Source: an uncultured virus (IMG/VR IMGVR_UViG_3300033148_007826) (taxonomy: Duplodnaviria > Heunggongvirae > Uroviricota > Caudoviricetes). Taken from it: DNA of 20,000 nt. The notes beneath the pieces were generated by a model. It was not told the origin of the DNA. It worked only from the letters and a program-made list of their open reading frames with translations, and did no database searches. Numbering within the stretch: position 1 is the stretch's first letter; each line of letters opens with the position of its first letter. The stretch lies in IMG/VR virus record IMGVR_UViG_3300033148_007826. One strand, 5' to 3'. This document shows positions 7,240 through 15,035 of the stretch, piece by piece. A program made the translations under genes and the position numbers.

Positions 7240-7517
7240 TGCCGGGAGCAGGATTTGAACCTGCGATGTTTACCCTACGGTACAGATTTCCCAGAAACAA
7301 GACCATTTGAGTTTGCTCCTCTTTTAAGTTCAAGCCCCAGAGAGCATGGGCCGCACTTTGGTCCGGCCCGGCTATAAAGTTGTCCCTCGGTCCTCTACTC
7401 GATTCATAGAGGGGGTTGTCTCCATAGTCCCCAGGAGTTTACTTGCTTCCGCCTGAGTGCGGCGGAGTCCATGCTCTACTCGGTCTGCTCCAATCGACCT
7501 GGCTCTGGCATCCCGGC
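7240..7517 (-). tRNA. tRNA-Leu(TAA) with two BHB introns (7330-7484 at 30/31; 7288-7322 at 37/38)
   Basis: Acceptor GCCGGGA/TCCCGGC-A; T-arm GCAGG-TTCAAAT-CCTGC; Leu-type variable arm ACCGTAGGGT; removing both introns gives GCAGA-CTTAAAA-TCTGT. Confidence 0.85.
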
Positions 7518-7519
7518 AT

Positions 7520-7830
7520 AAATTAAGAGGCGTGTGACCAACCTGAAGGGGTCCACCCTCATATCATAAGGTGCTAACTTCAGGTCAGGCCAAAAGAGTC
7601 CTCTGTCGCACAGAAGCCGAAACAACGAAACACGGTGACGATATGTTGAAAACAACCCCGGCACAACAAGGAGCCCTTCTAGCAGGCAATTATTGGTGTT
7701 TCCACCAATGAATTCCTAGTATGGATAAAGGAACTCCCGGCGAGATAACGCTTACCCTCGACAGGGCGTTTCGTAAACGCCGAGGGCATTCGTCTATCCC
7801 ATTGTGCCAGTTTCATGTTCCTCATCTCCG
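7520..7830 (-). ncRNA. Unrecognised ~300-nt highly structured RNA
   Basis: At least 8 nested helices with G-U pairs on the minus strand, a GAAA tetraloop, and an upstream TATA promoter at 7851-7870. Confidence 0.65.
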
Positions 7831-7957
7831 AGGTATTCTGTGGTATGTCGTGGGGGTTTAAAAAGATTTCGACAGTCATGCAAACTGTCTTCATCTCGCC
7901 TTAAACGTCACTCTCTTTCTTCTTCCAGTATCATGGTCTTTAACGTAAAATGTGACG

Positions 7958-8419
7958 CTACGGTGTTTCTTCATCATTTATGACCGCCACCCTGAACTTC
8001 CCCCCACTGGCTATCCATTCTTGTAGGATTTCCTTTGAGAGTTCGTCGTAGTAGGTTTCCCGCTCTACGACTATCTCTTGAATCCCCGCCTCTATGAGTT
8101 CCAGCATACAGTCTTTGCATGGGACACCCATAGCGGAGTAAAGAATAGCCCCATGGGTGCATCCGCTACCTATTGCTGTGACCAATAAGACTTTTCGTTC
8201 TGCGTGAAGGGCTCGACAATCCGCATGACCCGCCCAGTCTTTCTTCGTTCTACGACAGCTCTCACAGGGTTTTAGCGGAAGCGGTGGGCCGTTCCAGCCT
8301 GGGATAAGTCTCCCACTTCGTAGTTCGAGAACGCACCCCAAATGTTTCTTTTTACAAGTTGAATTCTTGGAAGCGTTCCTGGCTATTGCCATCCGATTAG
8401 CATCAGTTCTCCCCGTCAT
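7958..8419 (-). CDS. dCMP deaminase family (ComEB-like) zinc deaminase
   Basis: STC..KHLGCV, GWNGPP, LHAE, PCKDC and AGIQEIV motifs. Confidence 0.9.
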   Translation of the reverse strand: MTGRTDANRMAIARNASKNSTCKKKHLGCVLELRSGRLIPGWNGPPLPLKPCESCRRTKKDWAGHADCRALHAERKVLLVTAIGSGCTHGAILYSAMGVPCKDCMLELIEAGIQEIVVERETYYDELSKEILQEWIASGGKFRVAVINDEETP

Positions 8420-8465
8420 GCTTTGGTATTATCTTTGGAGGTTTATATGAATTTCGGGTTGATTT

Positions 8466-8669
8466 TCAGCATCCTTTGGGCGGCGGGGAAACTTCGATAG
8501 ACAAATCACAGACGAATAACCCTTGGTCATTCGCTACAACGGAGCAACCCGCCCCCGTCACTGTTGCATTAGGGCCTAATCCATCCTCAAATTCATTTCT
8601 GAAGCCGTATGCTTCATCCAAAGTTTTTCCTGAAACATGAACCCGGATTTGGGACGTTCCATTTGCCAT
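8466..8669 (-). CDS. Small hypothetical protein
   Basis: 67 aa; leaderless position downstream of the class II promoter at 8689-8710. Confidence 0.7.
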   Translation of the reverse strand: MANGTSQIRVHVSGKTLDEAYGFRNEFEDGLGPNATVTGAGCSVVANDQGLFVCDLSIEVSPPPKGC

Positions 8670-8688
8670 GCTAATTGATTGATGTAGT

Positions 8689-8710
8689 TATATAAATACG
8701 TTTGTAATCA
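8689..8710 (-). promoter_or_regulatory. Class II promoter motif
   Basis: Minus strand TGATTACAAACGTATTTATATA, about 20 nt before ATG 8669. Confidence 0.7.
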
Positions 8711-8713
8711 AAA

Positions 8714-8890
8714 TCAATGGTGCTCCCGAGGTGATGGCTTGCTTATCTTCTGGCATTTAGCAAGTCTGCCCTCTGGGTGCTTCACAAGATGCTTGGTAGC
8801 TATTCCCCAGATGCAGTTATCTTCTTCCTTGAACCTGCACCCGGAGCAGTTCTTGGTCAGATAGATGGGGAATCCGTCCCATCTACTCAA
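8714..8890 (-). CDS. Small Cys-containing protein, 58 aa (TTG start; ...KNCSGCRFKEEDNCIWG...)
   Basis: Hand-translated; GGAGGT RBS upstream of TTG; overlaps the stop of the upstream gene. Confidence 0.6.
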   Translation of the reverse strand: MSRWDGFPIYLTKNCSGCRFKEEDNCIWGIATKHLVKHPEGRLAKCQKISKPSPREHH

Positions 8891-9296
8891 CTTGGGTGAC
8901 CTCCCCCGTGGTACTGTTTATCTCAAAGGTCATTTTCGTTGTGAACCAACCGGGGTTAGGTTCGGCCTCGTAGATAACCTCGTACCAGTCCCAGAACCAT
9001 GTATGAGAGTCCCAACCGCAATATTTCACGTTGTATGTCCCATTGACCTCCAGTTTCGACCACACGTTCCGGTCTATGGCGTGTTGTCCCTTCATGTGTA
9101 CGTTATCCACCTCGAAGACACGGCCATCCTCTGTGACGAGCATATAGAAGCTCTCATCGCCGTTGTTGTCTATGTACTTCTCCTTCACGGTCAGCGTGGT
9201 CGTTTCCGTATGATACCATGACGCCGATATTGATATTGCGGCGATTATCACCAGAGCCACCACGATTATGATTCCGATAGTCTTTTTTTCCATCAT
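8883..9296 (-). CDS. Membrane-anchored or secreted hypothetical protein
   Basis: N-terminal TM followed by a beta-rich domain; RBS GGTGA; class I promoter at 9319-9336. Confidence 0.8.
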   Translation of the reverse strand: MMEKKTIGIIIVVALVIIAAISISASWYHTETTTLTVKEKYIDNNGDESFYMLVTEDGRVFEVDNVHMKGQHAIDRNVWSKLEVNGTYNVKYCGWDSHTWFWDWYEVIYEAEPNPGWFTTKMTFEINSTTGEVTQVE

Positions 9297-9326
9297 GTCA
9301 CCGATGGTACTGTAGGTTCGGGGACT

Positions 9327-9677
9327 TTATATTGGTATCGTTCCGCTTTCGACATCGGCGATAATTTCACTGATTTTATCGTGCATCTGCTTAATTAGTT
9401 CTCGCCGCTCCTTGAATGTCAAAGACTGAACAACCGAACCGCCGCCTGAGAATATAGCATAATGTACCCTTTCATCACCATTGACCAGGAATGTGAATGA
9501 AATATCCTTCCCGAGCTTTGTGTCGAACCTAACTTCTGAGAGGCTTTCGTCAACACATCGGATGCATATGTCTGCAAAACCCATCTCACGATTAGTGAGT
9601 TCGTAGGTGGGTGGAAACAGGCCACCCCATGTTCCCATCAATGCACCGCATCTCTGACAAAGGACCGTGACGCTCAT
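9327..9677 (-). CDS. Hypothetical protein with CxxC...CxxC zinc-binding motif
   Basis: CQRC...CIRC; class I promoter at 9694-9712. Confidence 0.75.
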   Translation of the reverse strand: MSVTVLCQRCGALMGTWGGLFPPTYELTNREMGFADICIRCVDESLSEVRFDTKLGKDISFTFLVNGDERVHYAIFSGGGSVVQSLTFKERRELIKQMHDKISEIIADVESGTIPI

Positions 9678-9701
9678 GATAATGCTTAGGTATTGGGGAC
9701 T

Positions 9702-10637
9702 TTATAAGGATTTCCTCATCTCGTATACTCTCTTAATGAGTTCCCCGTCACCCTTGATGAACGGGAAGACCCAGATGGCTTCTCCTTGCTTGTTCTTGTA
9801 ATAGTCACTGGTTAGGTGTCTCCAATGTCCCCGGACCCAGAAGGCGTGTGATGGGGAACTTCTCTTAGTAATCGCCGCAACAGCATCTAAATAGCACTTT
9901 GTTTTTCCCGTTACTGTGATTTTCATTCTGGACGGCATGATGGGTTTTCCCTTCTTTATTCGCTTTTCATTTGATTCTGCCCTTGGTCTACGGGTGCGGA
10001 CCTCGACATCGGGATGATTCAAATAATCCACAGAATTCCAGAACAATCGGTCCATATTCCTTACCAGCACTCGATAGTTTTTCCTTGTTTTCACTTCTTC
10101 AAATGCGGGGTCATATTTGCATATATGGCCATGAGGTGAGTACGCTCTTATTTCGAGAAGTTGTCCGACATCTCTTTCTGATAGTGAGAATAATGCAACC
10201 TGTGGCATATAATCTACTTTATTTTCTTCAATATATTCTCTAACTTTATCCCTATATCGTCTATCATTTTCAGATTCCGTTACAATGTGATATTCAACTG
10301 ATGCCAGTCCACTGAGCCAATTGCCATTATATCCGAGCTTTAATGGCATATACATGAATCGGAAAGGGGTTGGTCTTGCAAAATGTTTATTATCCGTTAG
10401 GGAAAGCAATTTTAATATGTCAGGTCGAGGTGAGAAAGTATGGTATGAGCTGGATGTCGAAGAAGCGTCATTATATATCATCTGGGTAATCGCTTCTTCC
10501 GGTGTCTCTGCACTGAGGACTTCTTCTTCAAACCTCGGGTCATTAAAGCTCTTTTTCAATAATTTGGTTATGATGGCTAGGTTTTTAGCGGCCTCACCTG
10601 GATTCATGACCTCTACATGAATGTCGTCGGGGTTCAT
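9702..10637 (-). CDS. Virus-type hypothetical protein
   Basis: 311 aa with C-terminal HAFWVRGHWRHL...IWVFPFIKG, a motif I recall from uncharacterised phage proteins. Confidence 0.8.
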   Translation of the reverse strand: MNPDDIHVEVMNPGEAAKNLAIITKLLKKSFNDPRFEEEVLSAETPEEAITQMIYNDASSTSSSYHTFSPRPDILKLLSLTDNKHFARPTPFRFMYMPLKLGYNGNWLSGLASVEYHIVTESENDRRYRDKVREYIEENKVDYMPQVALFSLSERDVGQLLEIRAYSPHGHICKYDPAFEEVKTRKNYRVLVRNMDRLFWNSVDYLNHPDVEVRTRRPRAESNEKRIKKGKPIMPSRMKITVTGKTKCYLDAVAAITKRSSPSHAFWVRGHWRHLTSDYYKNKQGEAIWVFPFIKGDGELIKRVYEMRKSL

Positions 10638-10684
10638 CGAATATAAGAAGAGGTTGCGGCTTTATATGGGTTTCTGAGAATTGT

Positions 10685-10864
10685 TCAGGTGTATGGTAGA
10701 AAAGTCGAGTCGTTCTTGCTATCGGGCATGGGGTGGCTTCCGAACTCCTCCTCTTCACCTTCATCCTCCATCATCATGGTGAGAATGAAATTCACAGCGT
10801 TACGCATATCTTTGACTTCTCGCTTGAGTTCTTTGACCTGCTTGAGTAGTTCCCCATCGCTCAT
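10685..10864 (-). CDS. Small acidic coiled-coil protein, 59 aa (MSDGELLKQVKELKREVKDMRNAVNFIL...)
   Basis: Hand-translated; class I promoter at 10883-10900. Confidence 0.7.
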   Translation of the reverse strand: MSDGELLKQVKELKREVKDMRNAVNFILTMMMEDEGEEEEFGSHPMPDSKNDSTFLPYT

Positions 10865-10937
10865 AGGATTGGCTATGTCATGGTGGGTTTATATCCGTTT
10901 CTATAACTTCGAGAGGAAATGTAGTCAGATTGAGTCC

Positions 10938-11261
10938 TTATAGGTTAATAAGGGCCCCGAAGTATATTATCGCCAATCCTATCCCCATGATGATTCCACC
11001 GCCGATGATTCCTTTGATTCCCAATGGTGGTAGAATCGGTATGAAGATGATTAGCCCGAGGAGGAAGAGGCCGAGGCCGAATAGAAGAATCCAGAATTCG
11101 GCGTACTCATAACTCACACGGGTTTCCTCAGCTTCACGCACTGAGGAATTGTATATGAGCATACTCATAGATATGACGAGTATGACTAATAAGACCGCCA
11201 TTACTGCGATAACCCTGTTGCTCGTCCTGCAATCGCATTTATCGCCCTTTTTTTCAGGCAT
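10938..11261 (-). CDS. Small membrane protein (about 3 TM)
   Basis: Hydrophobic segments; RBS GGAG. Confidence 0.75.
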   Translation of the reverse strand: MPEKKGDKCDCRTSNRVIAVMAVLLVILVISMSMLIYNSSVREAEETRVSYEYAEFWILLFGLGLFLLGLIIFIPILPPLGIKGIIGGGIIMGIGLAIIYFGALINL

Positions 11262-11267
11262 CGTTGT

Positions 11268-11693
11268 CTACTCCGGTGTCTTGGGCTTCTTCTCGCAGAT
11301 TATGGGGGCTGTCTTGCAGATTTCCGGGTTGACGGCCTCTATCGCCCTGAGATGTACGATGGCGGCAACGATGCAGAAGATTGTCACCGGAATCAGGATG
11401 ATTGTGAGTATGTAGATGAGGCTCCCGAAGGCACTGACAATCCAGAATGCGACGAGAAGATATACGGCAAGCCTACTCCGCTTCCATGCAAAGAATAGAA
11501 TGACGGCGAACAGGAGGGTCAGGAGAGCCAGCCCGAATACGAAGACCCAGAGGACCATACCGAAAGGTATGCCAACTATTGTGACGTTCAGTAACAGTCC
11601 GAGAACAAAGCCCAGTATCATGACTCCTACTGATGCGATGATTGCGAAAACGTCCATCACTAGGGCCATCTTGAATGCGGTTTCCGACTTCAT
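11268..11693 (-). CDS. Membrane protein (about 4 TM)
   Basis: Very hydrophobic 141-aa ORF; class II promoter at 11722-11741. Confidence 0.8.
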   Translation of the reverse strand: MKSETAFKMALVMDVFAIIASVGVMILGFVLGLLLNVTIVGIPFGMVLWVFVFGLALLTLLFAVILFFAWKRSRLAVYLLVAFWIVSAFGSLIYILTIILIPVTIFCIVAAIVHLRAIEAVNPEICKTAPIICEKKPKTPE

Positions 11694-11797
11694 GTTATCA
11701 AATCTCCAATTTCATAGAAGGTATATATATGTTTGTAATCAATTATGGCATCGAAGGTCTTATAAAGCCCCAAATGTCTTTATTAATTGGTGACACG

Positions 11798-12157
11798 ATG
11801 GAAATGATAGGTCTATTAATCCTGGGGCATTTGGTCGGCGACTATCTGTTTCAGAACAAGCGCATGGCTGAGGCAAAAGGTTTTTTCACCCTAAGTGGCT
11901 GGTTCTGGTGCGGCCTGCATTCGGCAATCTATTCCATGACCATCTGTTTCTTCTTGTGGAATTTCAATCCCTGGCTGTTCGTGCTGATATTCCTAACACA
12001 CTTTCCGATAGACAAGTTTTCAGTAGCCAGTTGGCTTTTCAAGTTGAAATATCGTGAGAGGGTCGATTTCGATAAGCCAGGACATCTCTTCATCTATGCG
12101 GCCAACGATAATGCGCTTCATCTACTGTTGATGTGGGCTGTCGTGGTGGTGATGTAA
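11798..12157 (+). CDS. DUF3307-family membrane protein
   Basis: GHLVGDYLFQ..MA..K, LHSAIY, THFPID, DNALHL; likely start at 11798 (RBS GGTGA; class I promoter 11752-11771). Confidence 0.8.
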   Translation: MEMIGLLILGHLVGDYLFQNKRMAEAKGFFTLSGWFWCGLHSAIYSMTICFFLWNFNPWLFVLIFLTHFPIDKFSVASWLFKLKYRERVDFDKPGHLFIYAANDNALHLLLMWAVVVVM

Positions 12158-12639
12158 TGAAGACAGCAATCTTTCCAGGGACTTTCGACCCATTTACAAT
12201 CGGACATTTGCATTTGCTTGAGTTCGGTCTTCAGATGTTCGATGAGGTCGTCATCGCTATCTTGGCCAATCCGGGTAAGAAGTCCCGATTCTACATCAAG
12301 GACCGTGTTTCTATGATTTCCGCCGTCATTGAGAAGAACAATTGGCAGAACGTAGAAATCCATGTAAGCAACAAATTGCTCGTGGAAGTGGCCGAGCAAT
12401 ATGGAGCTGATGCCATACTCCGTGGCGTTCGTGGTGCTGAAGACTGCATGATAGAGATTGAAATGGCCCGTGTGAATGCATTACTTAAGCCCGGTTTGAA
12501 GACCGTCCTAATCCCTGCTGATATATCTATCATCAATGTCAGCTCATCCCTTGTACGACTTCTACTTAAGGCAAAGAGATATGCTGATGCTACAGCTCTT
12601 GTCCCCACTCCCGTGCGTCCCTACCTCAAAATGGGGTGA
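12157..12639 (+). CDS. coaD: Phosphopantetheine adenylyltransferase, bacterial type
   Basis: MKTAIFPGTFDPFTIGH, NPGKK, RGVR...D...E..MA.VN, VSSSLVR; TAATG coupling to the DUF3307 gene. Confidence 0.9.
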   Translation: MKTAIFPGTFDPFTIGHLHLLEFGLQMFDEVVIAILANPGKKSRFYIKDRVSMISAVIEKNNWQNVEIHVSNKLLVEVAEQYGADAILRGVRGAEDCMIEIEMARVNALLKPGLKTVLIPADISIINVSSSLVRLLLKAKRYADATALVPTPVRPYLKMG

Positions 12640-12757
12640 TGGGCCGCCAGGGTGATGGGAGGACGATATGGCCCCGGCGACCCTGCCTTTGGAACCGTTG
12701 AGAGGGTTGTCGTAGGACCGCCCACCCCAGGCGATTGGTTATCCCATGCCGTCCTGT
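12631..12757 (-). ncRNA. GC-rich structured intergenic or 3'-UTR RNA element
   Basis: Helices GGGTCGCCGGG/CCTGGCGGCCC and AGGACGGC/GCGGTCCT, with complementary loop segments ATGGGA/TCCCAT. Confidence 0.4.
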
Positions 12758-12764
12758 GTAGTTA

Positions 12765-13547
12765 TTAGCGTTTGCAGACTTTATTCCTGCCATCCCAAGT
12801 TCCGCCGTTCCTCTCGCACTTTGCTTTGGGGTCTTTGGTCGCAGGAACGCAGGCTTCGTTGGCTTGGTCGAAGTATTCACCCTCGGGGCACATCATTGCG
12901 TCAGCCTTCGACTTCTTGAGGAACCAGTATATCAGGAATATGACGATAAAGACGGCGATTACGGCGACGACTAGGATGACCCAACCGTATGTGCCTAATG
13001 AGGCTAGGATGCCCTCTGATGGGGCCCTCGTCCCGGCCTCGGCGATGTCGAGGTCTGGTACGGAGTCGTACAGAAGTACGCCATCTCCGGCCCCTGTGAA
13101 GCCTTCCTCGTGGAACTTCACATACAGGGAGAAGGTGGCGGGGTTCGTAACCGTAGCGTCGATGGAAATCGCCTGGAGGATGACGCTTATCCCTGCGAAA
13201 TCCCTCAATTGATGAGTGAACCATTCGGCTACCTCGAAGTCTTCCTCGCCGAATATCTGTATCGCACCGGAACCGTTTGAATACAAGACGTACTTCATGT
13301 CTCCGTAAGCGTGAGTGGAGTCGTATACGAGGATGCTGTCAACCGAGATGCGGAATCTGTAATCGTCGAGTGCGGAATGCAGAATCTTAGTGCCAATGAT
13401 GCATCTGAGCCCATTGTTATCCATGATTGCTGTTCGTGAGGAGCCATTGATGAGTGTGTCGGACCTGTTCTCGCCGATTGCGAAATATTCAACCGCCACA
13501 GGCTCGCTCGTGGTCCATTGGAAGTTATCTTCCAACTCGCCCGTCAC
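12765..13547 (-). CDS. Probable C-terminal part of a surface protein, with TM anchor and Cys-rich tail
   Basis: Acidic beta-rich region, TM (WVILVVAVIAVFIVIFLIYWFL-KK), then CPEG...C...C...C; no clear RBS; overlaps the upstream ORF. Confidence 0.75.
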   Translation of the reverse strand: MTGELEDNFQWTTSEPVAVEYFAIGENRSDTLINGSSRTAIMDNNGLRCIIGTKILHSALDDYRFRISVDSILVYDSTHAYGDMKYVLYSNGSGAIQIFGEEDFEVAEWFTHQLRDFAGISVILQAISIDATVTNPATFSLYVKFHEEGFTGAGDGVLLYDSVPDLDIAEAGTRAPSEGILASLGTYGWVILVVAVIAVFIVIFLIYWFLKKSKADAMMCPEGEYFDQANEACVPATKDPKAKCERNGGTWDGRNKVCKR

Positions 13548-14544
13548 ACGCTCTGTCCACTACATGGTCCGTCGGCGTTGAGATGCTCTCATAGTCCCAG
13601 TTATCGAATGTGTTCGCTACTGAGGCGGTGATGTTGATGTCCGCATCCACGAAGACGTTGTTGCGGGCCGTCATTATCGAGTAGACCGTCAGGTTCAGGT
13701 CTTCCGCCAGGTAACTCCTGTTCTCATAATCCGAGGCGTTCATCAGGAACTCCGTGTGGTTGATGTCTAGGTACATCCATGGAATCTCGATGATTGCGGT
13801 GTAGTTGTCCACGGACCAGTTCAAAAGTGCATAATCGGTTGCGTCTTCCGGGTCAGTGACGATTTCGCCAGTGGCGTTGTGAGAGGCGTACACGATGGCA
13901 TATATCGTCGTGGTGCTGTCTTCCTCGGCGTAATCCATGAAGTCCAGGTAGAGGCCGGACTCGTTCTCGAAGAAGAAAAGCTCCATGTGGTAGTTCACGC
14001 CAAATGTGAAGTTCTCTGTCTGCCTCGTAACTGGTAGGAAGAAGCCAGCATCAGCGTATGTGGTCATGGTGATGACGTAGTTCTCCGTCACGTTATCGGC
14101 AAAGACCCGCACTCTCTTGATGTCGATGTCCTGGGCGGTGACATTGTATTCGTAGTTAGCCCACTTGTAGTGCAGGTTGTCCTCGTCACTGGCGTTGTTC
14201 TCGTTGGTGCGGGAGTCTTCCACCTGGATATAATTCACATCATCATAGCTATCAATGAGAGACTGGTTGGCAAATAGGGTAGTGTTCTCAAGTGCGTCCA
14301 GGGTGAGGTTGGCAGGGTCTTCGAAGTCCGTGGTGTTGGCGATGTCCTGGTCATCTATTCCGCTGAGTGTGTCATTGTAGTCCTCGTCTAGCGTGTCGTT
14401 CACGAAATCGTCGGTCCAGTCGAAGTCATGGAATTCTTCTTGGGTTTCGGCGGCGATTCCGTCTTCGATACAGCCAGTTAATGCAACAATCATCAGCAAC
14501 AGTACGGCCAGGATGCTAAATATCTTCTTGAGCATGGAGTTCAC
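13525..14544 (-). CDS. Acidic surface lipo/glycoprotein (N-terminal part)
   Basis: Signal peptide with lipobox LTGC; D/E/N/T-rich with many N-x-S/T sequons; RBS GGAGTGA; class II promoter at 14580-14599. Confidence 0.85.
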   Translation of the reverse strand: MNSMLKKIFSILAVLLLMIVALTGCIEDGIAAETQEEFHDFDWTDDFVNDTLDEDYNDTLSGIDDQDIANTTDFEDPANLTLDALENTTLFANQSLIDSYDDVNYIQVEDSRTNENNASDEDNLHYKWANYEYNVTAQDIDIKRVRVFADNVTENYVITMTTYADAGFFLPVTRQTENFTFGVNYHMELFFFENESGLYLDFMDYAEEDSTTTIYAIVYASHNATGEIVTDPEDATDYALLNWSVDNYTAIIEIPWMYLDINHTEFLMNASDYENRSYLAEDLNLTVYSIMTARNNVFVDADINITASVANTFDNWDYESISTPTDHVVDRACDGRVGR

Positions 14545-14627
14545 TCCTTGTAATATATTTATGCGAAGATTTTAGAATGTATAAATAGGTTTGTAATCAA
14601 TTCGAAGGAGTTCTCGTATCGCTTCAT

Positions 14628-15035
14628 CTATGCTGGAGGCTTTGGAGTTGTAGCCCCACAGTCCCGACATTTTATCTCGGTGAACACATCATTGACCTTC
14701 TCGCCAGTGTGTTCAACTTCATTCGACCCGCACTCTCCACATATGCTTTTCTTTACCATGTCGTCTGGCTTTGGTTCTTCTGACACTTCCCCAGGAGGTA
14801 TCTGTGACTGGTCTGGCTTATCGAGTATATGGTCTGAATAGCTAATGCTCATGCCATCTTTGTGAACCACAGCACCATCGAGGCCAGCCATGTGTTCAAT
14901 TATCCTATTAAGAGGACAACACTCGATACAATTCATCCCATGGTTGTCGTTCTTGTGGGGGCATTTTTTACACAACTCCTTTCTCTTAGCGTTCAGTTCT
15001 CCGAGTGCATACTGTTGAAATTCATATCTGTTCAT
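14628..15035 (-). CDS. Cys-rich zinc-ribbon protein
   Basis: CKKC..C..CC and CGEC...CRDC; likely start MNRYEF at 15035 (RBS GGAGG). Confidence 0.75.
   Translation of the reverse strand: MNRYEFQQYALGELNAKRKELCKKCPHKNDNHGMNCIECCPLNRIIEHMAGLDGAVVHKDGMSISYSDHILDKPDQSQIPPGEVSEEPKPDDMVKKSICGECGSNEVEHTGEKVNDVFTEIKCRDCGATTPKPPA

Noticed and set aside
7289..7478. Single ~190-nt group I intron giving tRNA-Leu(GAG) or Ser(GGA); GGACTA...TATAGCC resembles P7
   Set aside because: No convincing P4-P6 core or U-G 5' splice site, and it would leave C33; the two-BHB model gives a canonical CU-UAA-AA loop
7520..7830. RNase P RNA or SRP RNA (GAGGAA near 7818-7823; size about 300 nt)
   Set aside because: Lacks GAGGAAAGUCC with its 3' P4 partner and lacks the SRP helix 8 motif
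7476..7894. Listed ORFs 7476-7664 and 7679-7894
   Set aside because: No clear RBS; they overlap the tRNA, a promoter and a densely paired RNA; translations do not look protein-like
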